A DNA stretch of 64,000 nucleotides from Abditibacterium sp. (lineage in GTDB: Bacteria; Armatimonadota; Abditibacteriia; Abditibacteriales; Abditibacteriaceae). A model generated the notes under the pieces. The model had not been told where the DNA came from and made no database searches. It saw nothing but the letters and a program-made list of their open reading frames with translations. The stretch is taken from assembly GCA_965246885.1 (NCBI GenBank), contig OZ251992.1, forward strand, positions 1-64,000, read 5' to 3'. The translations under genes and the position numbers were made by a program. Positions 46,727 to 57,472 of the stretch are shown one piece after another (the stretch's first letter is position 1; each line of letters starts with the position of its first letter).

Positions 46727-48331
46727 TCACCCAGCCCGGTGCTCACGCAGCATAACCCCGTAGTCCGCACGCCAGATGTCTTCGTCGGCTTGGGCGTTTT
46801 GGAGGGACTGGAGCGGGGCGGTTTGGTCTTCGGGCTTGTCCGCTCCGGCGAGGGATTGCAGGGCTTGGAGCTTGGCGGACTCGGCGTCGAGGAGTTGGTC
46901 GCGCGACCAGAGGGCCTCGTCGGAGTGGGGCGCGAGCGCTTGCACGGCGTCTACGACGGCTTGTTGGGCGGGCACGACTTGCGCGCCAACGGCGGCGGCG
47001 AAGCGTTCGGGTGTGGTGCGGTCGGATTGGTCGAGGGCGGTCTGGACGGCTTTGGACTGTCGCACTATCGGGCGCACGTGGGCGGCGAAGGCGTTTAAAT
47101 CGGCGCGGTTGGGGTCGTAAAAGAGCCACCACCCCAGTAGTAGCAAGGGAACGCCAAAGACTGACGGCCAAAACCAAAGTGGCGTGCGCGCTTCGGGCGG
47201 TAGCTCGGAGGCGCGCGGAAAAACGCGGTCGGGCGGGGTTGGCGCTTCGATGACCGGTACCGGCGGCGCGATGGCCGGTACCGGAGGGCGGGTCGCCGGT
47301 ACCGGCGACGGGATGAGCGACGTCGCTGACGGGATGAGCGACGTCGGCGCTTTGGGCGCCGGGGCAGGCGCGGGGCGCTGTGCGGCACGCAGTTCTTGCA
47401 GCCATGCCGTTACGGTTTGCGGGCGTTTGGGCGCGGGGATTTCGAGCGCCCCCGCGACGGCGCGGGCGAGTTGCATGGAGATGAGCGGGTTGCGCTCGTT
47501 GAGCGGCGGGAGCGATACGCCGCTCGCGCGGTCGGGCGAAGGCGGTGGCGGGTCGCCGCACAGGGCGTGGTAGAGCGTCGCGGCGAGCGCATACACGTCG
47601 GTGAAAGGGCCAAAACGCGCGCGGCGCCCGTATTGTTCGAGCGGCGCATACCCCGGCGTGAGCAGTTGCGTCATCGGGGTGGTGCGGTCGGGCGCAAACT
47701 CACGCGCCGTGCCGAAGTCAATCAACACCGCGCGCCCCTCGCAAAGCAGGATGTTGTCCGGCTTGATGTCGCGGTGCAACAGCCCCGCTTCGTGAACGCG
47801 CGACAGCGCTTCGCCGACCGTGTAAATAATGCCGAGCGCCTCGTCGGTCGGCAACGGCCCGCCGTTCGCCAAGCGGTGGCCCAGCGACTCGCCGCGCAGG
47901 AACTCCATCGCAAAGTAGGCCGTGCCTGCTTCGGCCCACACGCCAAACGCCCGCACGATGGAAGGGTGCGAAAAGCGCGCGAGCGTGGCCGCCTCATCCC
48001 GAAAAGCGGCCAACTCGTGCGCCCACTCCGCTTCCGTCACGCCGCGCGGGGGCAATACTTGCCCCCCTTGCCGCGTCGAGCCGAAGGGGAAGAACTCCTT
48101 GACCGCCACCTCGCGCCCCAGTGCCACCTCGCGCGCCCGATAGGTCAGGCCAAAGCCGCCCGCACCGAGCAACTCCTCCACGACAAACGCGCCGCCGCGC
48201 AAGGGCGTTCGGGGCGCGAGCGCGGGCGCCAATGGCTCCAGCGCCGCGCCCGCCAAGTCCAACGGCGAGCCGCACGCCGCGCACACGAGCGCGCCGTCGG
48301 GGTTGGGCGTTTGGCAGACCGGGCAAAGCAT
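46727..48331 (-). CDS. Hanks-type Ser/Thr kinase: zinc ribbon - kinase - Pro-rich linker - TM - helical domain
   Basis: CPVC..CAACG; LGAGGFG, VAVKE, HRDIKPDN, DFG, TPGYAPLE, DVYA. Confidence 0.93.
   Translation of the reverse strand: MLCPVCQTPNPDGALVCAACGSPLDLAGAALEPLAPALAPRTPLRGGAFVVEELLGAGGFGLTYRAREVALGREVAVKEFFPFGSTRQGGQVLPPRGVTEAEWAHELAAFRDEAATLARFSHPSIVRAFGVWAEAGTAYFAMEFLRGESLGHRLANGGPLPTDEALGIIYTVGEALSRVHEAGLLHRDIKPDNILLCEGRAVLIDFGTAREFAPDRTTPMTQLLTPGYAPLEQYGRRARFGPFTDVYALAATLYHALCGDPPPPSPDRASGVSLPPLNERNPLISMQLARAVAGALEIPAPKRPQTVTAWLQELRAAQRPAPAPAPKAPTSLIPSATSLIPSPVPATRPPVPAIAPPVPVIEAPTPPDRVFPRASELPPEARTPLWFWPSVFGVPLLLLGWWLFYDPNRADLNAFAAHVRPIVRQSKAVQTALDQSDRTTPERFAAAVGAQVVPAQQAVVDAVQALAPHSDEALWSRDQLLDAESAKLQALQSLAGADKPEDQTAPLQSLQNAQADEDIWRADYGVMLREHRAG
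47247..47351. repeat. In-frame 21-bp tandem repeats in the kinase linker
   Basis: CGGGATGAGCGACGTCG x2 and CCGGTACCGG x3 at 21-bp spacing; encodes TSLIPS x2 and PVP heptads. Confidence 0.7.
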
Positions 48332-48371
48332 CAGGGAGAAGGGTGTAGCAATTCGCGGGGCAGGGACAGTT

Positions 48372-49883
48372 TCACCTCAGCCAAGGTTCGTCGGCGCCCG
48401 TCGTTCTGCCGCCCAAGACGTTGCCCTTGGCGTCGGTGATTTGAAACGGCGCGGGCAACGGTGCGCGGGTTTGGCGCCACCCATCGGCCCACTCTTTGGC
48501 GATTTGCAAGCGGTCGTCGCGTCGGAGGCCTTGCCACGCGGGGGTAGCGACGATGCTGACTTGGCCGTGCCCGAAATCGGGGCGCACCGACTGCACCCAC
48601 TGCGTGCCTTGCAAAGCGCGGCGAAGAGTCGTGCCTTGGGTGCGCAGGTTGGTCGGCGAATCGGTGTAGGGGTCGCCGGTAGTCGCGTTGGGGTGAAGCT
48701 CAGGGATGGCGCGTCCGATGCGCGCCAAGCCGCCCACCACTAAAATGGCGACAAGCGCGATGCCAAAGACCCACTTGCCCACCGTCCACGAGCGCTCGAT
48801 TTCCTCGCGGCGGCGCAGGTGTTCGCCGGGCACGTATTCTCGCTTGCGGCGGCCACAGCCGGGGCAAACGTTGTCGAGGATGTTGTTTGGGCGCCCACAC
48901 CGGGGGCAATTGGTCTTGTCGGGCGCGGTCGTCCAAGGCAGGGGCGTGGGCGCGGGCGGGGCAACGGGCACAACCGGGGCGGGCGGTGGCGGCGCGGGGT
49001 TGCGGATGGCGTCAAGGGCGCGCTCCAAGGCTTCGGAGAACGCCTTGGCATCAGCGAAGCGCGCGTCGGGCTTGAGTTCAAGAGCGTGCCCGATGGTTAC
49101 GACAAGCGGCAACGGCCCTTTGACATCGGGCAAGGGAGCGCCCAACACGCGGTCGGTCGCGTCGGGCGGGGCAAACCCGCTCAGGCACTCCCACAGCGTC
49201 GCGCCAAGGGCGTAGAGGTCGCTCGCGGGCGTCATTTGGGCGCGCGTGGCGTAGGCTTCGGGCGGGGCGTAGCCGGGCGTGAGAGCGAGCGAAGTGGTCT
49301 GCGTTTGTTGGGCGATGAGGCCGCGCGCGTTGCCAAAATCAATCAGAACGGGCGACTCGTCGGAGTTAAAGAAGATGTTGTCGGGCTTGAGGTCGCGATG
49401 CAAGAGGTTGCCGCGATGAAGCAGGTCGAGCGCGCGGCATAGCGCGATGCCCAGTTCGGCGACGCGCGCGGGCGAGAGGGGGCCGTTCGCCTTCAAGCGC
49501 GCGGCGAGCGAGCCGCCGTCAAGCGCTTCCATCGCCATGTACGCCGTATTGTTCTCCTGCCACGCGCTATACACGCGCACGACGGCGGGGTCGGAGAAGG
49601 TGGCCAAGCGCCGCGCTTCTGTCTCGAAGGCGCGCTTGGCCTTATCCCACTCGTCGGGCGACACGCCGCGCGGCGCGACGACATCGGCGCCGTTTCGGGT
49701 CGCACCGGGAGGGAAAAGTTCCTTGACGGCCACCCAGCGCAGAAGGGCAGGCTCGGCGCACAAATACGTGAGGCCAAAGCCGCCGCGCCCAAGGAGCGAG
49801 TCCACCGCAAACGCGCCGCTTTGAAGCGGCGTCGCGGCGGGCAAGGCGTCAGGGGGAAGCGGGGGAGCGACGGGAGGGGACAT
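48372..49883 (-). CDS. Hanks-type Ser/Thr kinase: kinase - Pro linker - zinc ribbon - TM - small domain
   Basis: LGRGGFG, VAVKE, HRDLKPDN, DFG, TPGYAPPE, DLYA; CPRCG..CPGCG before the TM. Confidence 0.93.
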   Translation of the reverse strand: MSPPVAPPLPPDALPAATPLQSGAFAVDSLLGRGGFGLTYLCAEPALLRWVAVKELFPPGATRNGADVVAPRGVSPDEWDKAKRAFETEARRLATFSDPAVVRVYSAWQENNTAYMAMEALDGGSLAARLKANGPLSPARVAELGIALCRALDLLHRGNLLHRDLKPDNIFFNSDESPVLIDFGNARGLIAQQTQTTSLALTPGYAPPEAYATRAQMTPASDLYALGATLWECLSGFAPPDATDRVLGAPLPDVKGPLPLVVTIGHALELKPDARFADAKAFSEALERALDAIRNPAPPPPAPVVPVAPPAPTPLPWTTAPDKTNCPRCGRPNNILDNVCPGCGRRKREYVPGEHLRRREEIERSWTVGKWVFGIALVAILVVGGLARIGRAIPELHPNATTGDPYTDSPTNLRTQGTTLRRALQGTQWVQSVRPDFGHGQVSIVATPAWQGLRRDDRLQIAKEWADGWRQTRAPLPAPFQITDAKGNVLGGRTTGADEPWLR

Positions 49884-49916
49884 GGCGGGGCGTTGCGGGC
49901 GGGCGCCGAAGGGCTG

Positions 49917-51779
49917 TTAACTTTGTATGGCACTGAGAAGCCCGAACAGCAGCAGGGTTCCACACACGACGGTGAGCGCGATGCCTATGGCGCGCGCCCA
50001 GACGACAGTGCTCTTGTCGCCGGGATCGTGCGGGCCATAATCGGCGAGGATGCTGTTGGCGCGAATCCACACCATCGGCGCCACGAGGGGGCAGCAGAAA
50101 AGAGACATGAGGGCGTAGGCCATCACTTCGCCGCCCTTGGCGGTGGGCATGCGTTGCGAATACCCGTTGCCCGGCCCGCCGTAGGGAAGCGGGCCTCCGC
50201 CATACGGCGCGGGGATGGGCGGGCCGCCGCCGTAGGGCGAACTGGCCGGGATGGGCGCGGCAGAAGCGCCCGCGTGCACGCTCAGGCCACCGGGCATGTA
50301 GCCGGAGGGCGGCGCGAGGAGCAGGGCTTGCTCGACGTGCTCCGTTAGCCCGCGTTGCTCGCCACTGGAGCGGCCCAAGTCGGTGAGGTTGAACGGCACG
50401 CCCGACTGCGACTTGATGAGAACGAGCGTGCCGCGCGGGTCGGGCGCAACCGTCCCGGTGACGACTTGGCCGTAGGAGCGCAAATCGAGGGGCGTCGAAC
50501 CCACGACGCGGTTGCCCGCGATGTCAATGGAAGGGTTGGTGACGCCAAAGGTAGAAAAGCCGCGCCAAATGGCGCTCAGAGCGATGGGAAGCGGCGCATT
50601 GGTCACGAGTTGCCCATCTCCCACGCGCGAAGCGGAGTAGCCACCGCCCAAATTGAGAGCACCGCCATACGCGGGCGTGGGCGACGGCGCATTGGGCGCC
50701 ATAGGCGGCGCAACGGGAAGCGCGACCGGAACGGGTGGGCCGGGGATGGGCGGCGGGGTGGGGCGCGGCGGGACGGCGGCGGGGCGTTCGAGTTCTTCGA
50801 TGAACTGCGCCATTGATTGGGGCCGCTCGGTCGCCTTGATTTGCATGGCGTGCATCACGGCGCGGCTGACGCCGGGGGAGATAGCGGGGTTGACCGCCTC
50901 AGGAGAGGGCACTTCGACGCCCGACACGCGGTCAGTCGCGGGCGCGGGCATCCTTCCGGTCAGGCAGTGGTAAAGCGTGGCGCCGAGGGCGTAGACATCG
51001 GAGAACGAGCCAAAGCGGGCTTGTTGTCCGTATTGTTCGAGCGGCGCGTAGCCGGGGGTGAGCATCGCGGTTTGGCGGACAGTTTTGCCCGACGCGAAAG
51101 CGCGCGCGGTGCCGAAGTCAATGAGGACGGTGCGCCCGTCATCGGTGACGCAGATGTTGTCGGGCTTGATGTCGCGGTGGATGAGACCCGCCGCATGGAC
51201 GGGTTCGAGCGCGAGCGCGACGGCTTTGATGTGCACGACGGCGGCGCGTTCGGGGATGGAGCCTTTGTCGTCTATTAACTTTTGAAGGGTCTTGCCTTCG
51301 AGGAACTCCATCGCCATATACGCGGTGTTGTTTTCTTCCCACACGCCATAGACGCGCACGATGCCGGGGTGCGAGAAGCGGGCGAGGGTGCGCGCTTCCT
51401 CGATGAACTTGCGTTTGGTGTCTTCATAGGCGGCTTGCGTCATGCCGCCCGTTGGAAGCACCGTTCCGCCGCGCCGTCCGGCGCCAAAAGGGAAGAACTC
51501 CTTGATGGCCACGAAGCGGCGCAGGTTGGTGTCGCCCGCTTTATAGGTGATGCCGAAGCCGCCTTGTCCTAAAACGGGGCCGACGACGTAGCCACCGCCG
51601 CGTAGCGTCGAGTCGCGGGCGAGGGCGAACCCATCGGCGGCCCCGCTCGCCCCATGAGCGGCCCCGCTCGCCGCTCCACCGCCTCCCCCCGAAGGAGGAG
51701 CGGCGAGGGCGGTGCCGCAAGCGGAGCAAACCCGGCTTCCGGGGGGGTTGGCGGTGCCGCAGGTGGGACAGATGAGCAT
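49917..51779 (-). CDS. Hanks-type Ser/Thr kinase: zinc ribbon - kinase - small domain - PYGG repeats - DUF4190-like 2-TM tail
   Basis: CPTCG..CSACG; LGQGGFG, VAIKE, HRDIKPDN, DFG, TPGYAPLE; LMSLFCCPLVAP..ARAIG. Confidence 0.93.
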   Translation of the reverse strand: MLICPTCGTANPPGSRVCSACGTALAAPPSGGGGGAASGAAHGASGAADGFALARDSTLRGGGYVVGPVLGQGGFGITYKAGDTNLRRFVAIKEFFPFGAGRRGGTVLPTGGMTQAAYEDTKRKFIEEARTLARFSHPGIVRVYGVWEENNTAYMAMEFLEGKTLQKLIDDKGSIPERAAVVHIKAVALALEPVHAAGLIHRDIKPDNICVTDDGRTVLIDFGTARAFASGKTVRQTAMLTPGYAPLEQYGQQARFGSFSDVYALGATLYHCLTGRMPAPATDRVSGVEVPSPEAVNPAISPGVSRAVMHAMQIKATERPQSMAQFIEELERPAAVPPRPTPPPIPGPPVPVALPVAPPMAPNAPSPTPAYGGALNLGGGYSASRVGDGQLVTNAPLPIALSAIWRGFSTFGVTNPSIDIAGNRVVGSTPLDLRSYGQVVTGTVAPDPRGTLVLIKSQSGVPFNLTDLGRSSGEQRGLTEHVEQALLLAPPSGYMPGGLSVHAGASAAPIPASSPYGGGPPIPAPYGGGPLPYGGPGNGYSQRMPTAKGGEVMAYALMSLFCCPLVAPMVWIRANSILADYGPHDPGDKSTVVWARAIGIALTVVCGTLLLFGLLSAIQS

Positions 51780-51867
51780 TGGCGTGGCTTTCAGTGTCTA
51801 AGATTTGGCGCCGCGCGGGACAGGAAACGCACAAAGACGCGCCGTTGCGTTATATTTCCCCTTGCCC

Positions 51868-52212
51868 ATGAACCCGCAACCGCCCTCCGGCCAACCCCCA
51901 TTCAACGCGCCGCAGTCGCCCTACGGCGCCCCGCAACCGCCGTATGGCGGCCCGCCCGCGCCCATTCCCGGCGCCGACAAAAAACTGCCCGCCGGTTTGT
52001 GCGGCCTCTTGCTCGGCGGCTTCGGCGTCCACAAATTCGTGCTGGGCTATACCAACGAGGGGTTAATCATGCTCGCGGCCAGCCTGTTCACTTGCGGCAT
52101 CGGCTATCCCATCGTCCACATTATCGGCCTCATCGAGGGCATCGTGTATCTGACCAAACCCGACGAGCAGTTCGTGCAAGAATACGTGCAAGGCCGGAAG
52201 CCTTGGTTCTAA
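51868..52212 (+). CDS. TM2 domain protein
   Basis: KKLPAGLCGLLLGGFGVHKFVLG, IEGIVYLTK.DEQF..YV..WF; Pro/Tyr/Gly-rich N-terminus. Confidence 0.9.
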   Translation: MNPQPPSGQPPFNAPQSPYGAPQPPYGGPPAPIPGADKKLPAGLCGLLLGGFGVHKFVLGYTNEGLIMLAASLFTCGIGYPIVHIIGLIEGIVYLTKPDEQFVQEYVQGRKPWF

Positions 52213-52216
52213 GCAA

Positions 52217-52249
52217 CAAAAAGCGCCCGCAACGGGAGTTGCGGGCGCT
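52217..52249 (-). terminator. Intrinsic terminator downstream of tRNA-Lys
   Basis: AGCGCCCGCAAC-N4-GTTGCGGGCGCT with TTTT following on the minus strand. Confidence 0.75.
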
Positions 52250-52263
52250 GGGGGTTTTGGGAT

Positions 52264-52336
<73 letters not shown>

Positions 52337-52379
52337 ATTTGAAGGCGCATTCCAGATGCCTGCGCAATTCGCCCGTTCC

Positions 52380-52409
52380 ATCTTAGCAAGAATCGGTGGG
52401 CGACGGCAA
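52380..52409 (-). promoter_or_regulatory. Sigma70-like promoter of tRNA-Lys
   Basis: Minus strand TTGCCG-N18-TAAGAT with extended -10 (TGc). Confidence 0.5.
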
Positions 52410-52438
52410 CTCCCGATTACCCCAGTCACACTCTCCTC

Positions 52439-52900
52439 ATGCCCCGCGCCCGCCGCTTGTTGCTCCTCATCCCGCTCCTCGTGCTGACGGCGTTCTTTGC
52501 GGCGTGCGGCTGGCGCAACTGGCATTTACAAAAAGACGAGCGCGGCGCGTGGCTCGAAGGCACGGGTTGGGCAATGGCCCAAATGCCGGGGCAGAAGGTC
52601 TGGAACGGCGATTTGGACGTTAGCGGCAAGGACGAACCGGAAATTTATCGCGTGATGGCGCAGAACTATCCGGGGGCAACAGCCCGCTTTGTGTCGGGCA
52701 CTCCCAATTTCGACCTCATCAGCGTCCCCCAGATTTCGGTCGGCGCGCCCAATATCATCAACCAATTCCGCGCCGACAACCAAATCACGTTCTCTTCTCC
52801 CGGCGGCGGCGACAAGTATGTGGACATCGTTTTGACCCGCTCGCCCATCAAGTTCTGGGACAACGGGTGGCACATCACGCGCGCGAGCAACCATCGCTGA
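52439..52900 (+). CDS. Membrane-anchored/exported hypothetical protein
   Basis: N-terminal hydrophobic segment ending FAAC; host-like codon usage. Confidence 0.65.
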   Translation: MPRARRLLLLIPLLVLTAFFAACGWRNWHLQKDERGAWLEGTGWAMAQMPGQKVWNGDLDVSGKDEPEIYRVMAQNYPGATARFVSGTPNFDLISVPQISVGAPNIINQFRADNQITFSSPGGGDKYVDIVLTRSPIKFWDNGWHITRASNHR

Positions 52901-54274
<1,374 letters not shown>

Positions 54275-54292
54275 GGGCGAGGCGCCTTCTCT

Positions 54293-54886
54293 ATGGACTC
54301 GCACGAGCAAGAAATCGCCGCCTTGGGGCGCCGCTACGCCGAGCAACCGACGGGGAGCGTCGTCTTCTACGGCTCCAGTTCCATCCGCTTGTGGCCGGGG
54401 TTAGGGCGCGAGTTTCCCGGCGTAGTCATCGAAAACTGGGGCTTTGGCGGCTCGACGCTGCGCGAGTGCGCCCACTACTTCGCGCGCGCCATTGTTCCGC
54501 GCCGACCGCGCGGCTTCGTGTTCTTCGCGGGCGAGAACGACCTCGCACTCGGTAGCGCCCCCGACGCGGTGTGGGAAACGCTCTGCGACTTGCTTGACGC
54601 GCGCGACGTTCTGTTGCCGGGCACGCCCTTCGCGTTTGGCGCGCTTAAGCCCTCCCCCGCCCGCGCCGCTTTGTGCGCCGCAATCGAGCAGACCAACGAC
54701 TGGTGCGCGAGGGAACTCGCCGCCCGTCCCGCGTGCGAATGGCTCGACTTCTTCACTCCCATGCTCGACGCCGCGACTGGATGGGGCCGCCCCGATTTAT
54801 TTATGGCCGACCAAATGCACCTGTCGCGCGCGGGTTACGAGGTGTGGAATGGGGTACTGCGGAGGGAATTGAGTTGGCTCGGCTGA
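54293..54886 (+). CDS. GDSL/SGNH hydrolase family protein
   Basis: FYGSSSIRLW, GFGGS, AGENDL, DQMHL. Confidence 0.85.
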   Translation: MDSHEQEIAALGRRYAEQPTGSVVFYGSSSIRLWPGLGREFPGVVIENWGFGGSTLRECAHYFARAIVPRRPRGFVFFAGENDLALGSAPDAVWETLCDLLDARDVLLPGTPFAFGALKPSPARAALCAAIEQTNDWCARELAARPACEWLDFFTPMLDAATGWGRPDLFMADQMHLSRAGYEVWNGVLRRELSWLG

Positions 54887-54910
54887 GCAGAGCGTTTGAC
54901 GCACGAGCGT

Positions 54911-55417
54911 CTACAGCCCGCGCAATACGCCCTGCAACTGCCGCCCATGATAGGCGTTGTGGACTTCGCTGAGGCGCAGCATCTCCGCGCCGCTCAGGGC
55001 GCCGATGACCGGGTGGAAGAAGGAGCGCTCTTCGTTGGGCGTTTCGAGGGAAGCACGCATCCCCGCCCGCGCCGCTTCCCAACGGGCGCGCAGTTCGGGC
55101 CAAGGCGTTGCGCCGCGCGGCTCGAACTGCGCGCCGGGAAGCGGGAGCGTGATGTCGCGGCGTAGCGCCCACGAAATGAGCGCGAAGACGGCGCGGCGGT
55201 GGCGGGGAAGCTTGCCGCCTTTGGCTTGCGAAGTTGCCCACTCGCCGGAGCCGACGGTTTCGTCGCCGATCACCAGATGCTCGGCGATTTGGAGCGGCGA
55301 CCAGTCGGAGAGCTTGGCTTTGCCCATGCGAGCCGCGTCGTCTAAGGCGTCGAGCGCGGCCACTATCTCGCGGCGCTGGGCTTCGATGGCGTCAAAAGAG
55401 GAAGGAAAAGAAGGCAT
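54911..55417 (-). CDS. DinB-family protein
   Basis: WSPLQIAEHL, HPVIGAL, H..YH..Q. Confidence 0.85.
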   Translation of the reverse strand: MPSFPSSFDAIEAQRREIVAALDALDDAARMGKAKLSDWSPLQIAEHLVIGDETVGSGEWATSQAKGGKLPRHRRAVFALISWALRRDITLPLPGAQFEPRGATPWPELRARWEAARAGMRASLETPNEERSFFHPVIGALSGAEMLRLSEVHNAYHGRQLQGVLRGL

Positions 55418-55432
55418 TGTCGAGGGGGCAAT

Positions 55433-56332
55433 TCACGCCTTGAAAAATTTGCGGCGCAGTTGGCGCAGTGTCAGGCGCGGCGCGTGTTGCAAAGCGTAGC
55501 GGAAATGGACGCGAGACTCAGCGGCCCGTCCCTCTTTTCGCGCGCTCAAGAACCGCTCCCACGCTTGGCCACCGTAGTTGACCTCGATAGCAGCCAAACC
55601 CTGCGACGCGGCGCGGATGGCGGGTTCGTCCCCTTCAACAAAGGCGAGCGCCAGATGTTGCTCCAAGATATGACGAGAAGCGCGGTGCAATACGGCGTAA
55701 CGGCGCGAAACGCCGCCCGCGTGAACGCGGTAGCTCGCCAAGGATTCGGGGCACGCGCCAAACGGCGATTCGTGGTAGGAATCGCGGGCCATTTTCAGCC
55801 ACAAATCGTAGTCTTGGCTCGCCTTGAGAAGAGAGTTGAAGTTGCCTACCCGCAGGCATGCTGCGCGCCGTGCCATCACCGTAGACGCGCAAATGCCACA
55901 GCCCGTCAGTAGCTCGATGTAAGTCGTCATCCTTCCGCCATAGCCTGCGCGGAAAACTTCGCCCTGCTCGTTTATCATGTCGAAATCCGTGTGACAAAAA
56001 GGCACGTGAGGATTGGCCTCAAGGGCTTGCAGTTGCTTTGCGAGCTTTTCCGGCTTCCACAAATCGTCATCATCCAAAAAAGCGAAGATTTCTCCGTGCG
56101 CATGCGCCATCGCCACATTGCGCGCGATGGCGTGCCCGCTGTTGCGTTGGCGGAACACGCGGACGCGCGGGTCACGGGCGAAAATCGGCGTGACGTCGGT
56201 GTGCGAGCCGTCGTCCACCACGACCCACTCCCAGTCGGCGTACGTTTGCGCCAAAACGGACGCGACGGTATCTCCGGCAAAGGGTTTGGGATTGAAGGTC
56301 GGCGTGATAATCGAGACCAGAGGCGTGTTCAT
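55433..56332 (-). CDS. Glycosyltransferase family 2
   Basis: VSIITPTFN, VVDDGS, ARN, FLDDDD, QDYDLW. Confidence 0.9.
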   Translation of the reverse strand: MNTPLVSIITPTFNPKPFAGDTVASVLAQTYADWEWVVVDDGSHTDVTPIFARDPRVRVFRQRNSGHAIARNVAMAHAHGEIFAFLDDDDLWKPEKLAKQLQALEANPHVPFCHTDFDMINEQGEVFRAGYGGRMTTYIELLTGCGICASTVMARRAACLRVGNFNSLLKASQDYDLWLKMARDSYHESPFGACPESLASYRVHAGGVSRRYAVLHRASRHILEQHLALAFVEGDEPAIRAASQGLAAIEVNYGGQAWERFLSARKEGRAAESRVHFRYALQHAPRLTLRQLRRKFFKA

Positions 56333-56338
56333 AGCGGT

Positions 56339-57466
56339 TTACGGACGCATCCACAACCGCAATACGCGCTCGCTCGCGGTTTCGACTAAGGCGGCGCCCT
56401 CCGCTAAGCACGAAGCCAACGCGCGCGGGCCGTCTACAATCGAAAAGGCGCTGCGCAGCCCCAAAGCGTCCAACTGCCCACCCGAAAGGGCGACCCGTCC
56501 GCCTAAAGCGACGACGGGCACCCCGGCGTCTGTCGCAACGCGACAGACGCCAGAGATGGTCTTGCCGTTCAGGGTTTGCGCGTCGAGCGAGCCTTCCCCT
56601 GTCAGAATGAGATCGGCGCCCGCGATGCGCTCCCCGAAGCCCGTCGCTTCGAGCACGGCGTCTATCCCCGAACGAAGCGTCGCGCCGCCAAACGCCATCA
56701 GGCCGAACCCCGCGCCGCCCGCCGCGCCCGCGCCCGGTTCGAGGGAGAAATCCCGCCCGAATTGTGCCGCCGTTACTTCAGCCAAGCGCGCCAAACCCGC
56801 GTCGAGTTGAGCCACTTGCGCGGGTGTGGCGCCCTTCTGGGGGCCGAAAACCGCCGCCGCGCCGTTGTCGCCGCACAGGGGGTTGGTGACATCGCACAGC
56901 GCGGTAAAGCGGCAATTGGGAAAGCGCCAGTCGAGAAACTTCATCTCAATGCGCGCCAGCCTTGCCAACTCACCGCCGCCCGGTGGCAAAACGCAGTCGC
57001 GCTCATCGTAGAAGCGCACGCCCAGCGCCGACATCAAGCCCGTCGCCCCGTCCGTCGTCGCGCTGCCGCCCAAGCCGACCAAAAACCGCCGCGCCCCGAC
57101 GTTAATGGCCGCGCTAATCAGTTGCCCCACCCCGTAGGTCGAAGCGCGCCCGGCATCGCGCTGGTCGGGCGGCGAAAGGTTCAGCCCCGCCGCGCTCGCC
57201 AGTTCAATCACCGCCGTTCCATCGGGCAAGATGCCCCAATCGGCGTCTATTTCCTCGTCGAGCGGCCCGCGCACCCGCGCCGTTTTGCGCTTGCCGCCCG
57301 CGCCAAGAAGCAGGGCATCCAGCGTCCCCTCGCCGCCATCGGCAAGGGGAATTTCGACCACTTCGGCGTCCGGCACCGCCCGCCCGACGCCGCGTTTCAT
57401 CGCCGCGCAAACCTCCAAGGCCGTCAAAGAGCCTTTGAAACTGTCGGGCGCGAGGATGATTTTCAC
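56339..57466 (-). CDS. glxK: Glycerate kinase (GlxK/GarK family)
   Basis: APDSFKGSL, ADGGEGT, GGSATTDG, DVTNPL, FGPQKGA, GAAGG, TGEG..D.QT..GK. Confidence 0.93.
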   Translation of the reverse strand: MKIILAPDSFKGSLTALEVCAAMKRGVGRAVPDAEVVEIPLADGGEGTLDALLLGAGGKRKTARVRGPLDEEIDADWGILPDGTAVIELASAAGLNLSPPDQRDAGRASTYGVGQLISAAINVGARRFLVGLGGSATTDGATGLMSALGVRFYDERDCVLPPGGGELARLARIEMKFLDWRFPNCRFTALCDVTNPLCGDNGAAAVFGPQKGATPAQVAQLDAGLARLAEVTAAQFGRDFSLEPGAGAAGGAGFGLMAFGGATLRSGIDAVLEATGFGERIAGADLILTGEGSLDAQTLNGKTISGVCRVATDAGVPVVALGGRVALSGGQLDALGLRSAFSIVDGPRALASCLAEGAALVETASERVLRLWMRP

Positions 57467-57472
57467 GAGATT

